NCBI GenBank assembly: GCA_021613535.1
Contig: CP075496.1
Coordinates: forward strand, 3,906,001 to 3,970,000
Origin: Adineta vaga
Taxonomy: Eukaryota; Animalia; Rotifera
Direction: 5' to 3'
DNA: 64,000 nt
Both the position numbers and the translations under genes were made by a program. Below, piece by piece: positions 53,712 through 64,000 of the stretch. Every line of letters begins with the position of its first letter. Position 1 is the first letter of the stretch. The notes beneath the pieces are model-generated. The model saw nothing but the letters and a program-made list of their open reading frames with translations, did not search any database and was not told the origin of the DNA.

Positions 53712-56700
53712 ATGATCTTTAAGGTAGAATATCATTAAATTATCTGAATTGAAATCCATTCTACAGATGTGTTTGTTTAGGGTATACTTATTGGTGCAGC
53801 TTTGATCGTTGCGCTTGCATTTGGTCTAGGTATAATTATCGGTCATTTTGCAATAAAAAAGACAGCAACAACTACTACAACATGGAAATATGATCGTCTT
53901 ACACGAGCCGCAGATCCACAAAACTATCAAACATTCATCAATTCGATTCAAGCATCCAATATTGAAAACAATCTAAAGTAAAAAAAATTATATATACATG
54001 CAAAACTATCATTTATTATCATTGTGTAGAGATTTGACTTCTCGTCCTCATATGGCTGGACTCCCTGAAGATTTAGAAAGTGCTGAAGTAATTGAAAAAC
54101 GATGGCTAGACTATGGCCTTCAAGTAACAAAACCTAGATATAATGTTCTGCTTTCTTATCCAGATAACAATAATCCTAATCGGTAAATTATAACTAATGA
54201 ATAAGCAAACGACTATTATTATTTTGTTGCATTCAGAGTGACATTGCAAGTGGTGGTACAGTTATTTTTCAAACAGCTGGTGTCGAACACGTCTATGATC
54301 CAACACAAAATAAAACAGTAAATCCATTTCTTGCGTACACACCTGGTGGAACTGTTTCAAGTGTAAGCTGATCAACGAATATTATCGTCTGATGAGTATC
54401 TAATGTATTTTTCATATAATAGAAAAAATTGTATTATGCTAATTATGGTCGAGTTGAAGATTTTGAGAAATTGTCAGATGAAGTTGGAAAGGCTAATCTA
54501 CAAGGAAGTATTATTATTATTAGATATGGACGTATTTTCCGTGGTGATAAGGTATGTTTTGAATTTAGTGGTTGTTTAAACTATAAACTATTGTCTTCTA
54601 CGTAAGGTTCTGCATGCTCAACAATTTGGAGCTATTGGTGCTATTTTGTATAATGATCCAGCTGATTTTGCACCCTTGGGTACATCACCAGATCAAGTTT
54701 ATGATCAAAAATGGTATATGCCACCAACAGGTACACAACGTGGTTCGACATTTACTGGAAATGGTGATCCTTTGACACCTCTATATCCATCAACAGGTTT
54801 ATAAACGTACAAATGATTAATGATCATGTAGATGAAAATATGTTTGTATTGAATAGATTATATGCATAGAGTGACAGCAGAGAGTCTTAAGACATTACCA
54901 AAGATACCTGCTCAACCCATTGGTTATGGCGAAGCACAAGTAATTCTTCAGTAAGACAGAGAAAGGCGATTGAAATGTTTAGTAAGTAATCGATGTAATG
55001 TTCTGTTGAGATATTTACAAGGAAATCCTGTTGCAAGTGGATGGAGTGGCACATTATCAAATGTAACCTATCGTTATGGTGGAGACCTACTTAATTCAGC
55101 GTAAATTTGATAAGATTTTTAATGATTTGATTATCGATTTATTCTGTTTATTAGTACAATTGAAGTAAAATCATATAATGAACTAGTGTCAAAAAACACG
55201 TACAATGTCATTGGTATAATGCAAGGTGATATTGAACCAGGTATGTATTGTTTACCATAATATTTTGTCAAATGTTATAATTATCGTCTTTTTTTTCTTC
55301 AGATCGTTATGTTGTTATTGGAAATCATCGGTAAGTTAAAATGGAAAGATTTATACATATTTTCTGCTCTTAGAGATCGATATTTTCAAATAATTTCTAA
55401 CGATTATAATAGTATCAATGCGGATTGATGTCCGTTGAAACATTTTTAGAAAATGCTATTTGAGTGCAAAACCGACTTGAATTTTACTCAACTTGTATCG
55501 TACAATCTAAGAAATCTACTTTTTAGTGATGCATGGAGTTTGGGTGCGATCGATCCCACTAGTGGTACAGCTACTCTACTCGAAATTACTCGAGTGCTCG
55601 GTGATATGTACAAAAAAGGTAATATTTCTTGTGTACCTTTTCAAGAGAAATATGAATATCGAGATTTTTTTTGCATAGGATTTCGGCCTCGACGTAGTTT
55701 AATGTTTTGTTCATGGGGTGCTGAAGAATATGCTTTGATTGGATCGCTTGAGTATGTAGAAGTAAGTATTCTTTAGTAACATTTGATAGTTTGACTATTA
55801 TATCTACACTTTATAACATTTTAGGAATATGTTAAAGTGTTAGGTGCTCGTGTCATTTCCTATATAAATTTGGATATAGCTGTTGAAGGTATTCTTGGTT
55901 TTGTCATTTGAATACAAATAATTCTTATGCATATTCTGAAATCAGGAAATTATACAGTCAAAGCAAGAAGTTCACCAATATTATTTGATGTTATTGTCGA
56001 AGCATCGAAAATGGTGATTATTAATCGTATATTAATTGTAAAATATTTTAATCCTAATCTGAATTGTAGGTTTCAAGTGCGTATGATACTCCGACACAAA
56101 CTGTTTACGATAAATGGATGAAAGTACGTCGAAATAATCTAACCAATGAGCCAATGTAAACTTTGAACGACGTTAATTCTCATCATTTATTTTTCTGTGT
56201 ATAGTATAGATAGTGGTCTTGGAGCAGGTAGTGATTTTCTTGGTTTCGATCAACTAGCTGGTTCATCGAATGTTGATATACGATATACATTTAATCCAGT
56301 CGATCATGGAAATTCTGGTTCATATCCACTTTACCATACATCCTATGAAGTTTTTTCAATGGTGAAAAAATTTATTGATCCTGAATTTCTTGTAAATTCT
56401 TTATCTGTTACATTTATGATTTTATTGTACTTTTTACAGGCACACAGGGCAACTGCTCAATTGACAGGTGTCTTAGCATTACTTCTTTCAGAAACACCTG
56501 TTTTACCATTCAATATTATTCGATACACAACTGCTCTTCGGAAAGCAGTGAATAGTCTTCCTCTAAATGATTCTATTATTCTCAGTAAAAAAAACAATCA
56601 TTTTTTTTCGTACTATTACCAACTAAACAAAATATCTGTTTCAGATCCACTATTAACCGCTATTAATGATTTTGAAAAAGCTTCTCAAGATTTTGTTGCA

Positions 56701-57130
56701 CGATCAAAAACAATGGAAACCGAAAAGTAATTTGTTCTTATGTGAAATTTCAAAATGACATACATTCATTATTTTCTTCATCTATATCTTAGTCCGTATG
56801 TTATTCGTGCATATAACGATCAATTATTACAATTAGAACGAGCATTCCTAAATCCATTAGGACAAGGTGGTGACGACTCAGGGATGAAGTATGAAAGAAA
56901 AACAATCTATTCTTCTTTTACTATTCAATGTTATTTCTAATTATTCTAGGCACATTATTTATGCACCAGCTAAAACTAATCAATACGCTGCTGATGGTTT
57001 TCCAGCGATTGTTGATGCAGTTAGTGGTGGTAATTCAACAGAAATTAAACTTGAAATTGCTATTGCAACATATTTTATTCGTGGTGCTATAGCAACTTTA
57101 AAAGAATTCGATAAATTTATTGTCGCATAG
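53712..57130 (+). CDS. Glutamate carboxypeptidase II / NAALADase-like M28B peptidase, with an apparent 1-nt frameshift near 54245
   Basis: N-terminal TM; [12 protein letters not shown] domain; zinc/catalytic motifs [32 protein letters not shown]; TfR-dimer [12 protein letters not shown]...HIIYAP. Confidence 0.9.
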
Positions 57131-57924
57131 ACTTCTTTGAAAATTTGTTTGAATCAAAATAAATATTTGAATAGAAGAAAAAGTAATAAAGATATTATCT
57201 TTATCGAAAGACATATCACAAATGAAGATTTTTTTTATTATTTATTCGAAATCGTGGATTTCGTACTGAACTTATCGTTTAACAAACAGATATCTTAGTC
57301 CCTGGAACGAATATATCTAGATATAATCATATACAGTCGATATCGCATAGGTATAGAAGATATTAACAATGGAAGATATATATATATATATATAATCGGT
57401 GTTCGTAATCGGATTTCTTTTCCCTGGATAATAAACATAGTCCGTATGTACATTATCATCTTTGAATCGAGTCCAATATAGATTTAATTCACTCGTAAAC
57501 ATATATTACTATTTTCTATTATTCTACGAATTTTTTTTTATTGTATACATGTTTCGATATATCACGTGACGAGTTAGCGAGAAGAACTAAGACGTAAGAA
57601 CGATAAGTATGTAAGAAAAAAGATAAAAAATAGATTTTCTCTCTCTTATTCGCTCTCTTTTCTCTTATTTTCTCTTACTATAGTCGACGCACGTTATGTT
57701 GTCTACAAAATGGGGGCACGAAGTCGTCATTCAAATGTGTTAAAACAAGAACAGCGAAAGTCCACATCGTATTACCATCATACGCGCCCAGAGCGTTTTT
57801 TTTCATATTAAGTTAACATCCAGCGCAGCAACAGCACTAAATATATAATCAAACGTTATTGTCGTGAACCAACGCGCTTTTATTTATAAATAAATAAACA
57901 AATCAACTAATTATTCAGGTTAAC

Positions 57925-59364
57925 ATGTCAGCAACCGACGTGACAACTAATCCAAGTCAAGGATCAGATCAAAAATCTGATGTTAATCAAATTAAACAAG
58001 ATCAAACTGGATCAGGTACTGATGATCCAAAACAAATCAATGGTAAAAATGTCGTTGGTATGTATTCTTCCTTACGAACAAAAGATAAACCACAAAAAAG
58101 ACAGAATTTTACCTTTTTTTTTCTACTTCGGTTATCATCTATTTGTTCGAGATAGCATTTACAAGTGAAATACAAAAATTCATTGTGTTTTAGCAACAAA
58201 AGTAACTGGTACAGTTAAATGGTTCAATGTTAAAAGCGGTTATGGTTTTATTCATCGGTAATTATGAATACATTTTGAAATTATTCAACTTTGACGATAT
58301 TTCTTTTTTGTATCGTATTGTAGAGAAGATGCCAATGAAGACATTTTCGTTCATCAAACGGCAATTGTTAAGAATAATCCTCAAAAATATTTACGTAGTG
58401 TCGGTGATGATGAAAAAGTTGAATTTGATATCGTTCAAGGTAAATAAGGATGTGTTGTGCATCAGAGATGAATCACCATTTGTTTTTTCTTTCGATTTAG
58501 GTGAAAAAGGTTATGAAGCTGCAAATGTAACAGGTCCTAATGGTGGCAGTGTTCAAGGTTCAAAATATGCAGCTGATCGAAGACAATATAATACATCTGG
58601 TGGTTTTCAAAGAGGACGAGGTAATGGTCGACCTCCATTCCGTGGTGGTCGAGGAGGACCTTTCCGTGGTAATACATTTCTAGTTATCTGCGAAGAAAGA
58701 CTCTCAATCAGACGTTTCATATGCAGGTCCAGGTGGTTTTGGTCAACCATTTGATAACTTTGGCCCACCAATGGGTGGACGCCCATCATTTGGCCGACCA
58801 CCACGCGGTTTCGGTGGTCCAATGATGAGAGGTATGTTAGAATTTAAGGATATTCTTATGTGTATGTTATTTTCTTAGGTCGAGGACGACCACCAATGCG
58901 AGGTGGCTTTGGATACGACGGCGATTTTGGAGGTAGATTTCAGTCATTATTAAGATATAGATGTTGATTATATGTTGATTTTAGGTCGTGGACCACGTAT
59001 CTTTCGTGGCCGTGGCGGTCCAATGATGGGAGGACCAATGGGTCCAGTACCAGGTCCAATGGGTCCATCATTCGGTGGTATGTCATTTTTTCCTTTTATT
59101 TTGACTATGAAAAAAAAATCTTTTTAGGCTTCCGTGGTCGTGGTGGATTCCGTGGTCGTGGCCGAGGCCGTGGTCGTGGCCGTGGTCGATTCTTCCGAGG
59201 AGCTCGTCAAGGCAATAATCGTTCTGATTCAAACGGCAACGATGTAGGTTTTTTTCTTCTCTCTCTCTCTCTCTAATTGTTTTTTTTTATATTCTTGTCT
59301 AAACTTTGTTTTCTTTTTCTAGAATGACGATAACCAAAATGAAGGACAAAATTCAGATCAATGA
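57925..59364 (+). CDS. Y-box / cold-shock domain protein with RG-rich tail
   Basis: [20 protein letters not shown]...[47 protein letters not shown]...[11 protein letters not shown]. Confidence 0.95.
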
Positions 59365-60096
59365 TCAATGAAAACTATATCACATGAAAAGAAAAATCTT
59401 TGAAAAACAAGATAGATTATTACATACAACCTAAAACAACACCAATAACAAGATAAAAGCATCGTTTTTTCCTATTTTTTGTTTGTTTTCTGTTTTATTC
59501 TTTGAACTTCTCCATTATTTCTGGTCATTATTCTTGTGTTTATGTTTATCTTGTTGGTTTTTCTTTATGTTAAAAACCAAAAACAAAAAAAAAAGAAAAT
59601 TTTGATAAAACATGAAAAACAAGAACTTTTTTATCTTAATAGTCTTCTTATTGCATTTAAGGAGAGAGATTCATTGAACAACGAACATTAATTATCATTA
59701 TTACCATTGAGTTTATGTGATATTTGCTTTTGCTCCTTTGTTTTCTTCTTTGAGATAAATGTCATATGAGGAAAAAGAAAATTTAACTAACAGCAAAAAA
59801 AAACATTCCACTTCTATTTGCTCAATATATAACAAAAAAATACTCATTAACGTCATTTTCTTCTTTTTTTCCCATTAGTTTCTTCGTCTATTATTCTTCG
59901 TATTCACTACTCAATTGGTTCTATGTCATTTCTTTCTTTTTTCTTTCTCTCTCTCACACTCTCTTTCTCTTGTCATTCAATAGTCATTTACTTTACTTGA
60001 ACAATCTAGAAAAAAAACTCATTTCAACATTTTTTCATCTACATTAGACACTTTTATTTTTAAAAATAAACCGGTTATTTTTCTACCTGAAGAAAA

Positions 60097-61677
60097 ATGC
60101 CTATCGATCGAGCAACAAATCTTGTTGCGCCAGTGATTGATGAAACTGTCCGACGACGATCATTCTATCGTCGATTTGTTCAATTTCTTTTCTCCAATCT
60201 TGGTCTTGTTCTTGTAGTTGTTGCCTATAGTATTGGTGGAGCATTTCTATTCCAGTTACTTGAACAATATATTGAATTACAAAACTGTCAACAAGGAACT
60301 TGTAAGTATACCTTTTCTTCTGTTTGAATTAACATACGATTCATTCACATTGACTCCTGTTTTGAAAAATAGTAACAGAAAATATTTCTATAACAAATAT
60401 CTCTGAAACAAGTTTTAATTATGTTATACTCAATATGGACACAGCAAATGCAAGTACAATGCATAATCAAATAGCTGGATATTTAAAAAATTTTACTGCC
60501 GATGTATTTGAACGTCGAGAAAAATTACGGTATACAGGACAAAATTGTACAGAATCATCGGGTTGGAATTTTCCATCGGCTTTACTCTTTGCTATAACAG
60601 TTATCACATCCATCGGTTATGGTCATATAACACCAGTATCATGGTAAGAAAATGAATGAATAAAGTTTTTTCTCTTATCTATTCGATTGATTAGGGAAGG
60701 ACAAATTACGTGTATTTGTTATGCATTGATTGGTATTCCTATTTTTCTTCTTTGTTTGGCAAATATCAGCTCTGTACTTGGCGATATATTTCGATTTATG
60801 TATTCAGGTTTATTACATTGTTGTTGTTGTGCATGTCGTGCTTATACACGAACACGTCGTCGTCGAATTCGTCGAATGCAAGAGCAAAGAATCAAGAATC
60901 CATCTGGTATTAATTACACAGGTACAGCATCAGCAGATCCAGCGTGGCCTGAATCAACTCGTTCCTATGATGAACAATTAAATGATGATGAAGAGGAAGA
61001 AGAAGATGATATTTGGGATCGAATGGAAAGTCGTGTGCCATTTGGAGCTGTTATTTTAATTATTATTGGTTATATTTGTTTGGGAGCGTTTATGTTTAAT
61101 AAATTCGAAAAATGGACTTTACCACAATCAGTTTATTTTTCATATATTACTTTATCAACAATTGGTTTCGGTGATTTTGTATGTATAGACAAAACAAAAA
61201 GAGCTAAATAGTGTTTTCCTTTAATACTATGATTCAATATATGTATTTTTTTGATAGGTTCCTGGTATAACATCAACTTCAACATCGGGTTTACGTTTTC
61301 TACTTGCTTGTATTTATATTCTTTTTGGTTTGGCAATATTAGCAATGTGTTTTGATTTAATTAAAGAAGGAATTGTTGATAAATTTCGTTGGTTTGCTAA
61401 TAAACTTGGTATTATTGCTGAAGAAGATGATCAAATTGATGAAGATCATACACGATATGCCAATTTTGAATATGATACATCAAGTCAACCAACAATGCAA
61501 TCTGATTCAAGCGAATATAGTATCAAACGTACACGTACAAAAACGAAATCAAGTGATTCATTTAGTGAACCACCAGCTTATGAAAATGACGCATCCGATG
61601 GTCAATGGTTGAAAAATATTCGTGATAAACCTGAAGGAACAAACAATATGATACATAAGAAAAAAGAATTCAAATAA
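60097..61677 (+). CDS. Two-pore domain (K2P/TWIK-family) potassium channel
   Basis: Two pore loops, WNFPSALLFAITVITSIGYGHITP and YFSYITLSTIGFGDFVPG, with four TM segments. Confidence 0.95.
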
Positions 61678-62698
61678 ACAATGAAAATTTCAAAAGAAAA
61701 CTAATTTTAGTCTTTAATTATTTATTTCATTTTCTTTCTCTCGCATATTTATTATCTCTTCATGCTTTGTATATTCCTTTACAATTCTTCACAAAGTGCT
61801 TGGAATATAAATTAAATAAATATCTTTTAACTTTTAAGAAAAGTAAACAAATAGTTTTCTTCGAAAAATATTTACTTAATCACATTCTTGTTTTGATTAG
61901 ATTCCAAGAAAAGGAACACTTAACAAGTTTTTGCATTGTGAAAGATCATTTGCTAAACTGTTAAAACACTTAACTAATAACACACATATGTAATGTTACT
62001 CGAATGACATACTTTGACATTTGTAATAGACGTAATTAAACATGTATCGAGAGTTTTCTTTTGAACGTTTGCATGGAAAATATTGACAAATGTCTTACAA
62101 TGATTTTGAAAAAAGTAAATAACAAAATTCACTCACAATAGTCTAATCAAGATGTTATTTGAAAGAAAGCTATAGTTTTAGAAACCTTACGTTTTGATTG
62201 TTCGAAGGTTCTTTCTTGAAAGAACGACAATGGTAGATTACTATTATGAATGCATTCGAGTTCTCAATTCTATAAAATAGTATCTAAATATTTGATCGTG
62301 GTAATTCTGTATTAATCTACATAAGATAAACGTATTTAGAAAGAATGATTATCATTACATCTATCATTAATTCTTGTTTAACTTCAATCAAGAATAATAT
62401 ATAGGTTTGTTGTTTGACTCGAAGTTCTTTACGGTTGACTCATAGCGTCATCTGCTCGTACTCAAGTTTGACTGGTTCTTGATCTCAGTCAAATGAGATA
62501 GATGTTTACATTGTAACTATTTTTTCATTCCTTAATTTGATTGATTGAATACTTTTCGAAGAAATATTGTCTTGTCACATAATATTAATCAGTCGAAGAC
62601 ATATGACTGCTCTGGTTTTTGCTTCACTATAACTATTGATCTTCTCATACGTATGTTTATCATTAAAGATCACGACTGTTCTTGTAGATAATTCAATA

Positions 62699-64000
62699 AT
62701 GAATTATCGTTTTCTTGCTTATCGACTGATAAATGTATATAGCAAAGATTTAGTATTAGTTAAGCAAAATTCACAATTATTTTCTCGTTATCTAACGAGA
62801 ACAACAACTACACAAACGCAATTAACTACGCCAACACGTCAATGGGCAATTAAACGTTATGCGTTACTTATTGGACTACCGGTTACTACGTTTTTTTTCT
62901 ATCGTTTATCAACAAAATATGAAACGCGACGAAAACATCGCATTGTATTAGAAAGTATTGGACGGGCTATTCGGTAAACGAAATTCAATTAAATCTTCAT
63001 CTACTCTATTTATTGATATTCTAGAGCTATTTCAGTAGGTCTTCGATCTGCTGTTGATCAAAAATTTAGTTTATTATTCAAACGTGAGGTAAAATATTCA
63101 TTGAATTCTTTATTAATTAGAGATAGTATTGGTTTTATACAAATGTTTTTCTTTCCCAGGGCACTGATGAATATATTACAGCACTTCAAGCAACTCGTCG
63201 TCGAAATGCTAAACGTTTTGCTAATCTATGTATTGATATAGGTGGTGTTTATATCAAAATTGGTCAAGCTTTTGTATGTATTTCTATATAAACGGAATGT
63301 TATTAAAAACTAATATTTACTATTTATTAACTTGTTTAGATTAATCTTCCTGAAGTGATTCCTCTAGAATATTATGAAGAATTACAAGTTCTTCAAGTGA
63401 GTCATCAACAATACTAGTCATCATTTGAAATATAATAACTTTTCGAACAGGAACGTGCACTTCGTCGAGAAAAAGGCGAAGTATGTTCATTCGTTTTTCA
63501 TGCCTATTTTCATGGAAAACTTTTCACTCAATTAGATTGATACTCTTTTCAAACGTTATTTCCGTGATACACCAGAAAATATTTATAACAATTTCAATCG
63601 TGAACCTATTGCAGCCGCATCATTAGCAGAAGTTTATGCAGCTGAAACTAAAGATGGTCAACCAGTTGCTATTAAAGTTCAATATTCCGATTTACGTGAA
63701 CGTTATGAAACTGATATAGCCACGGTAGATAGATAAACAAAATCTTTCTTGATATTTATTGATTTTTGTTTTATTTTTTTCGATGAGAATTTTGTTTCAT
63801 CTATTCGAATGGTTTAATCCTTCATGGACGATGGTAAGAGAATTAACTGATGAATATTTTTACGGGTTATTTCTCTTTTGTTTTTCTAGGCTTGGCTATT
63901 AGATGTAAGTTCAAAGAAAGCGAGAGAGAGATATGAATTTGAGAAAATATGAAATTTATTTCATTAGGAATTACATGATGATCTCACATTAGAATTAGGT
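62699..64000 (+). CDS. aarF/ABC1 atypical kinase, ADCK5-like (5' part; runs off the right edge)
   Basis: GGVYIKIGQ, ERALRREKGEIDTLF, EPIAAASLAEVY, VAIKVQYSDLRERYETDIAT, AWLLDELHDDLTLEL. Confidence 0.88.

Overview
AT-rich, gene-dense metazoan DNA with many 50-70 nt GT-AG introns. It is most consistent with a bdelloid rotifer; this is an inference from intron size, composition, an intron-bearing bacterial-type gene and the transposon style. About 22 protein-coding genes were reconstructed by joining exons by eye: SNRNP70 (partial), RPS18, WDR54, a C1-less diacylglycerol kinase, PSMA3, KPTN, SMU1, glycogen phosphorylase, a TM-EGF-trypsin protease, a DIDO1/PHF3-like gene, an eh1-C2H2 zinc-finger gene, two orphans, TMEM18, NSA2, syntrophin, cathepsin L, an IAP, a TerB-like probable HGT gene, GCPII/NAALADase, a Y-box protein, a K2P channel and ADCK5-like (partial). 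There is also an internally deleted Tc1/mariner-type element. Main signals: (1) three co-directional housekeeping gene pairs separated by only 72-161 nt, each with a poly(A) signal followed by an acceptor AG just before the next ATG, i.e. candidate SL-trans-spliced operons; (2) a divergent miR-124 hairpin in a 4-kb ORF-free gap; (3) a TerB-like gene with one spliceosomal intron near a transposon relic; (4) an unusually long SNRNP70 intron containing several 5' splice-site motifs, at about the position of the known autoregulatory intron. Boundaries were read manually and may be off by a few bases. No database searches were run.
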